Part shown: piece by piece, positions 8,165-18,101 of the stretch
Layout: each line of letters opens with the position of its first letter
Numbering within the stretch: position 1 is the stretch's first letter
IMG/VR virus record: IMGVR_UViG_3300028654_000001
Span: 248,001-312,000 of that record
Direction: 5' to 3' (one strand)
DNA: 64,000 nucleotides
The notes under the pieces: model-generated
Told to the model about the DNA's origin: nothing
Database searches by the model: none
What the model saw: the letters and a program-made list of their open reading frames with translations, nothing else
Program-made: the position numbers and the translations under genes

Positions 8165-9607
8165 TCATAACACCTTTTCGAGCAACTCAACTTGGTCCTG
8201 TGGAAGTTCATCCATGCAATAGAAGGCTACCATCTCAGCAAAGTTTTCTTCATCATTCTTACCAGCATATGGAGTTATGAATCCAGATCCTGGTGTTGAT
8301 TCAGGCTTTATACCTTTGAGTGCAGCCCATCCCTTGAGTGAGATACTAGCCTTATACGACGGATCATCCTCTCTATGCATGGTTACCTGGTAACCACTTC
8401 GAGACCCTCCGTATCCAACCCGTTCAACAACATAGGTCTTACCTTTCTCAACCACTGTGTCACCAGGTTTAGGAGAGAGGTCAGGGTTTTTCCTGATCTC
8501 AAACTCGAGGTCACTCGTTGATTGATCTACCTTGGACTTGATAATCTGGTAGATCCTAGCTATGTCTCGGCGCTTACTCTGTAGGAACTTAAATTGAAGC
8601 CGGTGTGCCAACTCATGGAGGATCGTTTGGAGGGCTGCCCCTTCATTACCATTCAGATTGGCTCGTACGAAGAACTCATCACTGGAAACCATGTAGAAGG
8701 CTAGTACCTTGGACTTGGTCAGTGTGTTGGAGATGAGGGCATCTCCATAGCATACTTTTCCAAGACCTTTCTTTGCTAGAAGATGAACAGCCTTCTCAAT
8801 GACCCTGGCACAGTTAGCCATCGTGGCTTCATTAAAACCACCAGTGTTCACAAGTCTAAAGGGACCAGCCTTCAATACGGTAGGAGCATCCACCCCACGC
8901 ACTGTAGCTTTACTAAAGGCATCCTTAGCTATCGCCAAGTGTTCCGTGTATAACTTGAACAACTTCTGGAAGGCTTTGACCCCATCCTCAAAGTTCTTTG
9001 GGCTAGCAAAGCGTGTCTTCTCGTAGAACCTCGAGCAGGCTTCAACCTTCCTTCTAACATCCGCTGGGAGGTCGTATTGCTGAAGAAGACCAAGGAAAAT
9101 GTTCTGAACCCCTATCCTCTGCATGGTACCAAGTGAGGACTTAGGGAAAAGTATGTACTCGTACTTCTTGTTACCAAAGAACCTGGATACCTCTAGCTTC
9201 TTGCCCTCGAAGGGCTCTCCTTCGTGTTGACTCAAGTACTCTTGTGCACTCAAGACATGAGGAAGTTCAATCTCCAAGTCTTCGTATCGATCCAGAGTGG
9301 TTTCCCAAGAACGAATGAGGTTCGGAATATCACCAATGGACATCGCATACCGGCGAGCTACCGAAGCAACGATTGGGCCCCCCTCCTTGCACTTGTTACA
9401 AGTAGTCAACACGGTTACCCGATCCGGACTGGTGCACCGGCACTGCTGGGTAACCGTACCGCAAACTCTGCACACCACCTTGTAGTGCTGCTTAGGGCCT
9501 GGAATGAAGTTACCCTCTGGCGTCCAAGAGCCAGAATCCTCAGAGGCTACTCTAGAGCCACCGGCGCTAGCATACCGCCTGGCGACAGACTGAATGAGAG
9601 AGTCCAC
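8165..9607 (-). CDS. multi-module protein with Zn-ribbon and C-terminal zincin-like metallopeptidase motif
   Basis: Two SVARRYA motifs flank CRVC...CRC...CNKC; LHELAHR (HExxH) plus downstream YAGKNDEENFAE. Confidence 0.6.
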   Translation of the reverse strand: MDSLIQSVARRYASAGGSRVASEDSGSWTPEGNFIPGPKQHYKVVCRVCGTVTQQCRCTSPDRVTVLTTCNKCKEGGPIVASVARRYAMSIGDIPNLIRSWETTLDRYEDLEIELPHVLSAQEYLSQHEGEPFEGKKLEVSRFFGNKKYEYILFPKSSLGTMQRIGVQNIFLGLLQQYDLPADVRRKVEACSRFYEKTRFASPKNFEDGVKAFQKLFKLYTEHLAIAKDAFSKATVRGVDAPTVLKAGPFRLVNTGGFNEATMANCARVIEKAVHLLAKKGLGKVCYGDALISNTLTKSKVLAFYMVSSDEFFVRANLNGNEGAALQTILHELAHRLQFKFLQSKRRDIARIYQIIKSKVDQSTSDLEFEIRKNPDLSPKPGDTVVEKGKTYVVERVGYGGSRSGYQVTMHREDDPSYKASISLKGWAALKGIKPESTPGSGFITPYAGKNDEENFAEMVAFYCMDELPQDQVELLEKVL

Positions 9608-9635
9608 CCTACTGAGGGTTTATCGAATGACTATC

Positions 9636-10760
9636 TCATGAAGCTCCACACTCAACCCAGGCCCGCTCAATCAGCTCCTGACAGAGTTGATCAATGGCGT
9701 TGACATCTGGTTCAGGAGGAAGTGGTGACACCTGCTCTAATTTGTTGAGTTCTTTGTTCTGTTGCTCGAACCAAGACACTAGGTCCTCAAACTCCCAGGC
9801 CCCGTTGCGAATAGCGAGTAGTTCTTCAGCATCTTTTCGTCGTATATCAAGCTCCCCGGTTATGAGGAGGTCTTTGCATGAACGGGATAACCTAACCAAG
9901 TGCATGGCGTGCTTCCCATCGTACCCAAACTTGGCCTCCATAGCGGCCCGCTCAGGGTTCCGACTATTCTTCCACTTCTGGAACTTGCTCCAATCGGATT
10001 TTTTGGAAGCATACCGCTTCTCTAACTCGAGTACCTGGATGAAGTTGGTGGTGAGACCCAAGCTGTTGGCGGCCGCATGCCAAACCTTGTCCTCTACCTC
10101 TAGATCAGCCCATGAGGTGACTTCAACCAGGCGACGCTGAAACTCATCCCGAATAGCCTGCCTCATGCTCGGAGCGATGTACTCGAGCTTGTGCCAGTTC
10201 CACGAGTCAACCTTCTTCTTGACCATGGCCATGGCAGCATCAATCTGATTCTTCGATGGATGAACGGGTATTGGAGCCAGCCCAAACTCTGCCCGCGTGG
10301 GCTCATGATCCGGCGGGTCAAATATCCACCGCCGGTGAAGTTTCACCTTCCTCATTTGTTCTGTAGCGTACCCTTGGAATGTTTCCCTAGCTCTTCGGCT
10401 GAGGAACATCCTCTTGTGATCCAGCAATGCTTGCCCTACAGGACTCACAAACAAGTGCTGCTCAGGGTTGGTGAAGAGGATCTCCAACGTATTAGGGTTG
10501 CACTCTGAAGCCAAGTACATGGCCTTCTTGATCTCGAAGATCACTAGGTCAGGATTCTTGAGTACCTCATGCTCGAAACTTCTCAGGATCCCAGTGTAGT
10601 AAGGCTTAGGGGCAATAGTGATTGCACGAATATCCAAGTCACTGCTTGGAGTATTGGTTCCATAAGCATGTGACCCATGAAGAGTCACAAAAATGGTACG
10701 GTTAGGCATCCAAGGATGCTCACCACCTGCATTGAAGTAATCTTGCCAGTCGAAGTTCAT
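9636..10760 (-). CDS. Pol-beta superfamily nucleotidyltransferase (YcgL/T4 NrdC.11-like)
   Basis: LHGSHAYGTNTPSSDLDIRAI and YDGKHAMHLVRL motifs; start ATG 10760 overlaps the upstream stop (ATGA). Confidence 0.85.
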   Translation of the reverse strand: MNFDWQDYFNAGGEHPWMPNRTIFVTLHGSHAYGTNTPSSDLDIRAITIAPKPYYTGILRSFEHEVLKNPDLVIFEIKKAMYLASECNPNTLEILFTNPEQHLFVSPVGQALLDHKRMFLSRRARETFQGYATEQMRKVKLHRRWIFDPPDHEPTRAEFGLAPIPVHPSKNQIDAAMAMVKKKVDSWNWHKLEYIAPSMRQAIRDEFQRRLVEVTSWADLEVEDKVWHAAANSLGLTTNFIQVLELEKRYASKKSDWSKFQKWKNSRNPERAAMEAKFGYDGKHAMHLVRLSRSCKDLLITGELDIRRKDAEELLAIRNGAWEFEDLVSWFEQQNKELNKLEQVSPLPPEPDVNAIDQLCQELIERAWVECGAS

Positions 10761-11191
10761 TTGGGTCTCAAGGGGCACAAAATATGAGCTTGGTTGAATA
10801 CATGATACACCTCATCCCAAGTACTCGGATCGAATCCAGCTTTATCGTCGATCAATATGGAGAAGTAGGGTTTACGCGTGAAGTCACCAGTCTTGGTGTT
10901 CTCCACAGGAGTTTCGTTCAAACCCTTGAAGTTGACTCCCTCTTCCGCAAGCCGATCGGTATATTTAGGGCCTTCTATTGGGTAACAGGAGGTCCAGAGA
11001 ACCAAGTAGATCTCAGGAAAGGAACTTATTTTTCTTAGGGCTTCGATAGCGTTAGGGTAAAAAGGTGCTGACGCATCCCTATAATTAGAGTCACAGATGG
11101 TATCATGGGCGTCAACCATGACATAGATAGTGTCCCACCCACGCTGCTGAGCAGTTAGGTACGCCTTGAGAATAGCTCGTCTCAGATCCAT
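10757..11191 (-). CDS. HAD-superfamily phosphatase-like protein
   Basis: IYVMVDAHDTI (DxxDT), LWTS and KPYFSILIDDKAG motifs. Confidence 0.6.
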   Translation of the reverse strand: MDLRRAILKAYLTAQQRGWDTIYVMVDAHDTICDSNYRDASAPFYPNAIEALRKISSFPEIYLVLWTSCYPIEGPKYTDRLAEEGVNFKGLNETPVENTKTGDFTRKPYFSILIDDKAGFDPSTWDEVYHVFNQAHILCPLRPK

Positions 11192-11202
11192 GGTGGTTAG
11201 AA

Positions 11203-11209
11203 TACACCG
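11203..11209 (-). promoter_or_regulatory. YGGTGTA motif upstream of the HAD gene
   Basis: TACACCG on +, 11 nt from ATG 11191. Confidence 0.55.
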
Positions 11210-11274
11210 GGAATCTGCAGAATCTCAACTAACTATCTAAGTTTTATGTAATTTGGCCCAATGGGCGGTAACCT

Positions 11275-11652
11275 TCAGACTTCACGCTGCCACTCACGAA
11301 GGACATGCTGAGCCTTATTTACCAGCTGTTTGAGTTCAACCACCGGTCGTTCAGACTTCCCAAGTATTTCTCGTAGTTCCATGAGCTTAGGACTTGATTC
11401 CATTGATCCTCGGAACATGTCAGGAAGACCATCCAATGAAAGGTTAATGTCTACGATCTTTTGCCAGATTCTAGCAAGTGATCCTCGACCCTCTTCAATG
11501 GTCTCCCTCTCGAGAGGTCCCTGAACAACACGTCCAGCCAGGTCACTCAGCGCTGCCGCTAGCTTCTCCCTCGAAGGTTCTGGCTCTTCAGTCATGGCCC
11601 AGATGGTCTTGATCTCTGCCTGAACCTCTTCGGCGGTGGCTAGCTTATTCAT
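11275..11652 (-). CDS. hypothetical helical protein
   Basis: ORF 11275-11667; ATG 11652 (MNKLATAEE) is the more likely start. Confidence 0.6.
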   Translation of the reverse strand: MNKLATAEEVQAEIKTIWAMTEEPEPSREKLAAALSDLAGRVVQGPLERETIEEGRGSLARIWQKIVDINLSLDGLPDMFRGSMESSPKLMELREILGKSERPVVELKQLVNKAQHVLREWQREV

Positions 11653-11815
11653 ACCCAGTAGTGGCAATAAGTAGATCAGTGCCAGACCCCCAAGAATGCC
11701 GATTCAATCAAATTTTGACGAGATTCTGACCTCTAGTGCGTAATAACTAAAGTGAATAGACAAACCTGATAACTAACTTATACCCACATAACAAGTAAAC
11801 TGGTGAGGATATCCA

Positions 11816-12172
11816 ATGGCTGAAGTTAAGAAATTCTGGATTGTAAGTGACCCCCCAAAAGTAGACGGTAGCTGGGACTGGATTTGGGAAGATCCAGCCA
11901 TTGTGAACTCATCGGATGTAGATGGTATGCGTATGGCTCAGTTCTGCGGGGCGTTGAGTGAGGGGGGTTACAGCATCCACGGACTTGTACGAGTTTATGA
12001 TGGTACTGAGACCGTCAGAGGACGTTGGGACAAGGAACACACCAAGGTGTACGATGATGAGGGTAGTGCCAAAACAGATGCTACCAAGCGTATGAACGCA
12101 CTGAAGAAGATCTACGATCGAAGGCACTCTGGTACGAAAGAAGCCAACGAAGCTATTCGTTGGAAGGCCTAA
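11816..12172 (+). CDS. hypothetical protein
   Basis: 118-aa ORF with SD-like GAGGA, divergent from the previous gene. Confidence 0.65.
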   Translation: MAEVKKFWIVSDPPKVDGSWDWIWEDPAIVNSSDVDGMRMAQFCGALSEGGYSIHGLVRVYDGTETVRGRWDKEHTKVYDDEGSAKTDATKRMNALKKIYDRRHSGTKEANEAIRWKA

Positions 12173-12636
12173 GCTCTCCTGTAGGGCATCCTGTAGCTTC
12201 GCCGACGTCTCACTTGGGGCTCTGCTGCCTCAAGTGATTTCGTTGCATCCTTCAATACCGCTTCGAAAGTTATATCCTCTTCGTAGCTTAGCCCGTCGTC
12301 ATCCGGGAAGCTGAAGTCCACCCCTGTCCCGTCATCCCCGATGATCAGGTACCGAGGGTGAAGTCCTTCATGAACCTCACGATGACATCTACTACACAAG
12401 AGATGGCACTTGTCTAACTCACTTCTGAGAAGTTCTATAGAAGCTAGCCGGTCGGAAATGTTGTATTCCTTCTCTAGTGGATTTGCATGGTGAAAGTCAA
12501 ATGCGCTAGGAAACCCCGTGTAGCCACAGATCTCGCATTTCCCACCCAGGTAATCCACAGCCTGTTGACGGAGCTCGCGTCTGCGGACACTGGCCTCGTG
12601 TCTCAGAACCCAAGCGGTGTCTTCATCAGTGTACAT
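12169..12636 (-). CDS. HNH endonuclease
   Basis: GGKCEICG...FDFHHANP...ELDKCHLLCSRCHREVH. Confidence 0.8.
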   Translation of the reverse strand: MYTDEDTAWVLRHEASVRRRELRQQAVDYLGGKCEICGYTGFPSAFDFHHANPLEKEYNISDRLASIELLRSELDKCHLLCSRCHREVHEGLHPRYLIIGDDGTGVDFSFPDDDGLSYEEDITFEAVLKDATKSLEAAEPQVRRRRSYRMPYRRA

Positions 12637-12707
12637 CTAAGTAGATGCTCTAAAAGAAGATCAGACAACTTGGCCCCGCTCACCAGACTCTTGTACCTAC
12701 CATCCTT

Positions 12708-12959
12708 ATGCAGACTGAAGAAGTTACTGTTTTCTCTGGGTTATCATTCAAACTATTGGAGTCAGGACCGTGGGATCCGAACTCCTTCGGGCTTGTCGAC
12801 ATCACTATAACCAAGGCCGAAACCAAGCTTGAAGTACTCATAGACTTAAACACAGAGGTACCCATCCAGTTCGAAATCGATTCGTATCTTTGGACGGGTT
12901 CCAAGTTGCTTCTGAGAACCAATGACAGAGTTCGTTGGATTCTCCAAGCTACCAATTGA
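12708..12959 (+). CDS. hypothetical protein
   Basis: 83-aa ORF filling the gap before dam; weak support. Confidence 0.4.
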   Translation: MQTEEVTVFSGLSFKLLESGPWDPNSFGLVDITITKAETKLEVLIDLNTEVPIQFEIDSYLWTGSKLLLRTNDRVRWILQATN

Positions 12960-12962
12960 TCT

Positions 12963-12969
12963 CGGTGTA
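12963..12969 (+). promoter_or_regulatory. YGGTGTA motif upstream of dam
   Basis: CGGTGTA on +, 15 nt from ATG 12985; the motif flips orientation with the gene. Confidence 0.55.
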
Positions 12970-12984
12970 AGTAGTGAGAATCAT

Positions 12985-13845
12985 ATGACAACAGCTAAGC
13001 CTGTGGTTAAGTGGGCCGGTGGGAAAAGACAGATTCTGGCACAAATCCGACGACGACTACCCAGATCCATGGATACTTACTATGAACCCTTCATCGGCGG
13101 CGGGTCTGTTTTCTTCGCACTGGCAAACCGAAAAGCCTTCAAGAGGGCAGTCATCAACGACAAGAACAAGGAGTTGACGGACACCTACTTGGCCATATCC
13201 ACAGGAAAGGTCAATGATATCATCAGTATTTTGACTGACTACCCAAACACGCGCGAGTTCTACAACGAGATCCGAGCTCGAGTACCCAGTGAGATCCCAG
13301 AGCTCGAGGTCAGGGTGGCCAGGTTCATCTACTTAAACAAGACCGGGTTCAATGGTCTCTACAGAGTCAACCAGAGCGGCGGCTTCAACACCCCCTTTGG
13401 AAAGTACCCCAACCCTAACTACTGCGATAAGGCTGGCCTCCTAGAAGCCGCACGAGCCCTTGAAGGTGTTACCATCGAGTGCGGAGACTTTGAAACCTCA
13501 GTCGCCGGGGCGAAACCTGGTGATGCCGTCTATTTCGACCCCCCTTACCTCCCCAAGAGTGAGACAGCTAACTTCACCTCGTATACGGAGGGCGGCTTCA
13601 GCCTTGCGGATCATGAGAGGCTGGCTAGGACGTTTAGAGAGCTGGCTGATCGTGGGGTGGCTGTTCTTCTATCTAATGCGGATGTAAGGAGAGCCAGAGC
13701 CCTGTATGCTGACTATCGAATCGCAAGGATTCAAGCCCGTAGAAACATCAACAGCGACGGGGACAAGCGGGGAGAGGTCAGTGAGATCTTGGTCGGAGCA
13801 AATCTCCCCCCGATAGCCAGCCTAAGTGTTGAGATCACTCCCTAA
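12985..13845 (+). CDS. dam: DNA adenine methyltransferase (Dam/D12 class)
   Basis: KPVVKWAGGKRQ, YYEPFIGGGSVFF, YLNKTGFNGLYRVN and VYFDPPY motifs; start set at ATG 12985. Confidence 0.9.
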   Translation: MTTAKPVVKWAGGKRQILAQIRRRLPRSMDTYYEPFIGGGSVFFALANRKAFKRAVINDKNKELTDTYLAISTGKVNDIISILTDYPNTREFYNEIRARVPSEIPELEVRVARFIYLNKTGFNGLYRVNQSGGFNTPFGKYPNPNYCDKAGLLEAARALEGVTIECGDFETSVAGAKPGDAVYFDPPYLPKSETANFTSYTEGGFSLADHERLARTFRELADRGVAVLLSNADVRRARALYADYRIARIQARRNINSDGDKRGEVSEILVGANLPPIASLSVEITP

Positions 13846-14793
13846 CATATAGTCACAGATCAGTTCGATGATTCGACGGTAGGGATTCTCATGCTGAGTC
13901 CCCACTGTCTCTACAAAACTGGCAGCCTTGACGTGACCACCACCTCCGTAGTGGAGAGCCAACTCACGAACGTTGAAGTCTTTTCGTGACCGGAGGGACA
14001 CCTTGAACTTGGCATTCTTTGCAAAACCTTCACACCAGTCTTCGCGATTCGAGTTGTCTTCAAGGTAGTAGCGGAACCCAGCAACAATATCCACACCAGC
14101 TTCGGCTGCCTCAGCGATCTCATTAATGGCCGTGGTGTCCTGAACCATGAGAACCTTGAGTGGCCCAATCGTAGCTCGGTAAGCCTCCTCGAGAGCCTTC
14201 TTGACAGTCCAGTCTTTTTTCTCTACTAAAACCCGGCCTATATCCATTCTACTATCCCAAGTACTCTGGAAGTTTGGAAAGATTGGTTCTTTAAGCCAAT
14301 CCTTCTTTGAGAAAAAGAATAGTGCCTCAGTGTACTCTCTCGACCTGTCCCATAATGGATGCTTAGTCTGCCAGGTATCGTAGATACCACAGATATTGGC
14401 GAAGTTCTTCACCAACTTGTTCTCACCAAGTAGGGGGACATAGACATAACGATATGCCAGCATAGCCCCCGAGACTCCAGGCTCCACTTTGACATCAGCA
14501 AAGATCCCTGACTCTCCAAAGGGCTCGACTACTTCCTTGGAGTGATGATCAAGGACAATGACACTTACAGGGATAAAGTCCTGGGTTCGGGTCTTATGAG
14601 GAGAGAAGTCACAAAAGAGCATTCCTTCCTCAGCTTCTAGCTTCTCGTGCTCCTCACTGTTGTACTTGATGAAACGGATTTTCGCTTCTGGAAGGGCCGC
14701 TTTGAGGATCATGGCCGAAGCCAAACCATCAGCACAGGTTTCATGCGAGATGATGGTCTTGATTGCTTTCAACCGCTCGAGGGAAAATGTCAT
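13822..14793 (-). CDS. DHH/DHHA1 family phosphoesterase
   Basis: HETCADG, FCDFS, VLDHH, SGAMLAY and GGGGHVKAAS motifs. Confidence 0.8.
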   Translation of the reverse strand: MTFSLERLKAIKTIISHETCADGLASAMILKAALPEAKIRFIKYNSEEHEKLEAEEGMLFCDFSPHKTRTQDFIPVSVIVLDHHSKEVVEPFGESGIFADVKVEPGVSGAMLAYRYVYVPLLGENKLVKNFANICGIYDTWQTKHPLWDRSREYTEALFFFSKKDWLKEPIFPNFQSTWDSRMDIGRVLVEKKDWTVKKALEEAYRATIGPLKVLMVQDTTAINEIAEAAEAGVDIVAGFRYYLEDNSNREDWCEGFAKNAKFKVSLRSRKDFNVRELALHYGGGGHVKAASFVETVGTQHENPYRRIIELICDYMLGSDLNT

Positions 14794-15269
14794 AGCTGAC
14801 CCCCGGACAGTTCGCCCTTCTTCTGACGAATCGAATCCATCAGTATGTTTCGAAGGGACTGGGTGAGTACCTTGTCTCGATCCCCCTTGGTGGTTAGGTA
14901 CCAGTCGTTCAATTCAGCAGTAGTAGTAATGGCTGTTAGTTCACCCAACAACCTCTTCTGAATGTCGTACTCTCCGAAAGTGTACGGGGCAGTTGTGAAT
15001 TCAGTGGAGGCCTTACCTCTGTTCTCTTCAGGTACCTCCTCATACTTTTTAGTGATATCTGTAGCCGTTCTGGCAGCCTCTAGGGCTTTCTCCAGAGTAC
15101 TTATTGCCTCAATCTCACCCGGGACATTACCAGAGAAGATTGACTCTATCACGAGTCTGAATGAATCGAAGGCTATTGCGAAGGCATTGAACTGGGCCTG
15201 ACTCTTCATGCTGGGGATTGACTGACGCAACACCTCAGCCATGGCATCGGGTGGAACATCTACCGGCAT
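14790..15269 (-). CDS. hypothetical protein
   Basis: 159-aa ORF coupled to the DHH gene. Confidence 0.6.
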   Translation of the reverse strand: MPVDVPPDAMAEVLRQSIPSMKSQAQFNAFAIAFDSFRLVIESIFSGNVPGEIEAISTLEKALEAARTATDITKKYEEVPEENRGKASTEFTTAPYTFGEYDIQKRLLGELTAITTTAELNDWYLTTKGDRDKVLTQSLRNILMDSIRQKKGELSGGQL

Positions 15270-15290
15270 TAAACTGATCCAATCTTGGAG

Positions 15291-15596
15291 TTATGAGTTA
15301 GGTGCTTCTGGAGTAGCTGCTACGAGCTTGTTGCAGAAGGTCTCTGCAAGTTTCTCGGCTACTGCGATGGATACACCGGCGGCTCGGAACTGAGAGATGA
15401 TCGTTCCTCGAATAAGTTGGACAGCTGTCCCCTTGTTCTCAAGAATCCTAGAACAAGCTTGGCAGATAGCGTAGAGATCCTTTGGCTGCTCTACACCCAT
15501 CTTCTTGAGAGTTTCTTGCTCAGAGGAGGGGACACGAAACACCTTCATGGTGCTCTCTTCTCGTTCCCGGTCACAGATTGAGCACTTGCGCTTCAC
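15291..15596 (-). CDS. hypothetical protein with two CxxC pairs
   Basis: CSIC and CQAC motifs; operon packing. Confidence 0.6.
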   Translation of the reverse strand: MKRKCSICDREREESTMKVFRVPSSEQETLKKMGVEQPKDLYAICQACSRILENKGTAVQLIRGTIISQFRAAGVSIAVAEKLAETFCNKLVAATPEAPNS

Positions 15597-16237
15597 GTCT
15601 TATCCCCGTATTCCTTGATGAGGATCCTGTCCACAGACTCTAGGTCAATATCCTCGTTGCAGATCTTTTCAGCCATCAATAGGGCAGCCCCTATTGGCAT
15701 GGTTATTAGCTGAAGCTTGTGCCTTCGAAGAATCTCGGCTTGTTTCACGTGAAAAGCGTCTGTTATGTTGTCCCTTGGTAGTAACTTAGTGTATTCATTA
15801 GATATTCTGTGAGGGTGGCAGTAGTGAGGGTCACTGACCGCATAGTAAACCCTGCAAATAAGTGGTCGAGTTTGGTAAACAGAGCATCGATTCTGGTCAT
15901 TTAGGAGAGGGCAAGGGATCATAGCCTTCATCCACACGTGATACTCAGTACCAAACTGCTGGTCAGCGGAGAACTTCATTCTTTCTTTGATACCAGAAGT
16001 CCACTTACCCTGCTCCAACATCCAACGGTAAATCAAGATCCCTTCGAGAATTGAGATCACAACAGGATGGTAGCAACACCAGGCACAGCCAGCAGTACAG
16101 GTAATTCTCTGACCATGCTTGGGTACCTCCGATCGTAGCTGCATCTCGAAGTCGGAAGATAGATCACTTCGGAGAACTTCAGTCTTCCCAACTGATTCCT
16201 CAATGGCTAAAGGGAGGCGGTGTTTAGTCATCATCAT
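15593..16237 (-). CDS. YkgJ/FliB-like cysteine-cluster protein
   Basis: CTAGCAWCCY...CPLL...CSVYQTRPLICR. Confidence 0.75.
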   Translation of the reverse strand: MMMTKHRLPLAIEESVGKTEVLRSDLSSDFEMQLRSEVPKHGQRITCTAGCAWCCYHPVVISILEGILIYRWMLEQGKWTSGIKERMKFSADQQFGTEYHVWMKAMIPCPLLNDQNRCSVYQTRPLICRVYYAVSDPHYCHPHRISNEYTKLLPRDNITDAFHVKQAEILRRHKLQLITMPIGAALLMAEKICNEDIDLESVDRILIKEYGDKT

Positions 16238-16760
16238 CCAGTAGGATCCTGCTGAACCGATTGAACTCTGCTTTTGGTTGAGCAGCAGAGTTCACTGCTG
16301 CTTGGCGACGAGCAACAGTACCAATGGTTTGAGGGACAGTGATCCTAACAGAGTGCCCCTTCTGGTGAGTGGCCAAGATCAGAACTCCAGGACGAAGTTT
16401 GAGACTTGGGTTCACGAAGAATGAACCCCCCTCGCGGAAGATGTCACTCTGAATCCAATCGACCCAGGGCTCTAATATGATCTCAGGTCGGCGAAGAATA
16501 GCTGGAACTACCATCTTCACGAACGGCCCTGCCCCAGACTTGACGGGAGCAGTAAGGAGTTGCCAGACCTTCGGTGGGTTGCAGACTACTTCCGGATTGG
16601 TAGGATCTAGTTTATTGGCCTCTTCAGGAAGCTCAATCTTGAAACCATCTTGCCCAATAAGTGCGACAAGACGAGAGTGTCGATCATAACCGGTGACAAC
16701 CCATCTCTGACGAGTTCCCCCTTGGGCTTCATACGATACTAGGTCACCAACATCCATCAC
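16224..16760 (-). CDS. hypothetical protein
   Basis: 178-aa ORF in the operon; ends FNRFSRILLDDDD. Confidence 0.6.
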   Translation of the reverse strand: MMDVGDLVSYEAQGGTRQRWVVTGYDRHSRLVALIGQDGFKIELPEEANKLDPTNPEVVCNPPKVWQLLTAPVKSGAGPFVKMVVPAILRRPEIILEPWVDWIQSDIFREGGSFFVNPSLKLRPGVLILATHQKGHSVRITVPQTIGTVARRQAAVNSAAQPKAEFNRFSRILLDDDD

Positions 16761-17113
16761 TCCACTCTAACACCAGGACGGAAACCTTGTACTATCAAAT
16801 CAACGTCAGGGATCGCAGCTTGAAGTTTTCTGATAACAGACTCCTTGGCCGCCTCACACGCGGTGCCCAAGAATTGATTGACTATTTCAGTCCTATAAGC
16901 CGGATCCCCTAGTATTACAAGTACTTCGCTCCACTCTCGTTCGGCGCCAACAAGGAAGTCCTGCTCGACTCGGGTCAAAGACCCCCAGGTTCCATCAGGT
17001 TCTTCTTCATCTTTCTTCGTGTAGATATACAAACGAAGCTGTACCTTTAGGAGCCTGGTAAGAGCCGAGAAGGTTCTTCCTTGCACATCTTGGGTGGCCG
17101 GTGGCATCGTCAC
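16757..17113 (-). CDS. hypothetical protein
   Basis: 118-aa ORF with overlapping start/stop. Confidence 0.55.
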   Translation of the reverse strand: MTMPPATQDVQGRTFSALTRLLKVQLRLYIYTKKDEEEPDGTWGSLTRVEQDFLVGAEREWSEVLVILGDPAYRTEIVNQFLGTACEAAKESVIRKLQAAIPDVDLIVQGFRPGVRVE

Positions 17114-17141
17114 AAAGGCGATGCCATAAGTAACTCAACCA

Positions 17142-17963
17142 TTACTCCGGCATTGGAGGGGCTTGTCTGCCAAAGGCTTTCATCCCACTATCCATGAGAA
17201 GATCTCGCACTACGTCAGCTGGGTCCTCTTGGTTGCCTTCTAGAGCTACAATAGGGGTAGGAGCTGAAACAGGAGGTTGCGTGGTAATGGTAGCTTCAAC
17301 GGGCCCCCCTTCAACTGAAGCATCATCCTTGGCCTTCTTTTTGCTCTTTGGGTTTACATGACCTTCAATCGGTCCCTTGTGTTTCCCAGTAGCATAAGGG
17401 TTGACTGGGTCTAAGTGATATTTTCCTCGTACCCCATCCCTGCGTAAGAAGATAGCTGGGTTAGCTGATAAGGCATAACGAATGTACCCTAAGGGATCCT
17501 TTGAGTCTGGTATCCAATGTCGACTCTTGAGTTCGACGTGGATCTCGGGTGCTGATAACTCTTTGCCACCCATCACAATCTGAATTGAATCCTCAAGGCG
17601 GGGTCGCGGTACCTCAACACCTTTTTTTGCCTTCGGGGGGACACCAGAGGCCTTTGTGAAAACCTTAGGTGGTTTCTTGGAGCTCTTCTTAGTTGTTACA
17701 GGCTTCTTGGAAGATTGGATCGACTTTTTCTTTGCCTTCTTCGATGATACCGAAGCCTCTACAGGCTCAGCTTCTGATTCCTCCTCGTCAGTTGGTACCT
17801 CCGATTCGGAAGATTCACCTAAGGTAATAAGCTTCTTGATCCCGTCGATCAGATCACGAATTGTAGCCACCCTAGCATCGATCTTCGCATTCACATCAAC
17901 CCGAAACTGTTCCTCAGCTTCAATGGCTTTCAGGTAAGTGGCAAGCTGTTCCTTGACCTTCAT
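17142..17963 (-). CDS. coiled-coil, Lys-rich linker and winged-HTH (HARE-HTH-like) protein
   Basis: LEDSIQIVMGGKELSAPEIHVELKSRHW...YIRYALS...RGKYHL resembles winged-helix domains. Confidence 0.5.
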   Translation of the reverse strand: MKVKEQLATYLKAIEAEEQFRVDVNAKIDARVATIRDLIDGIKKLITLGESSESEVPTDEEESEAEPVEASVSSKKAKKKSIQSSKKPVTTKKSSKKPPKVFTKASGVPPKAKKGVEVPRPRLEDSIQIVMGGKELSAPEIHVELKSRHWIPDSKDPLGYIRYALSANPAIFLRRDGVRGKYHLDPVNPYATGKHKGPIEGHVNPKSKKKAKDDASVEGGPVEATITTQPPVSAPTPIVALEGNQEDPADVVRDLLMDSGMKAFGRQAPPMPE

Positions 17964-18001
17964 GTGATCTAATCCTTTCCGATAGGCCTCCAGACACCTA
18001 C

Positions 18002-18008
18002 TACACCG
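18002..18008 (-). promoter_or_regulatory. YGGTGTA motif upstream of the wHTH gene
   Basis: TACACCG on +, 38 nt from ATG 17963. Confidence 0.45.
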
Positions 18009-18101
18009 ATTAGTAGACTGAGGTCATAAATTCGGTAGCAGCCATAATACTGAGTAACTTGCCTATTGCAAGATTCTGCAGTCATGAATGCTAAGGAAAA
18101 G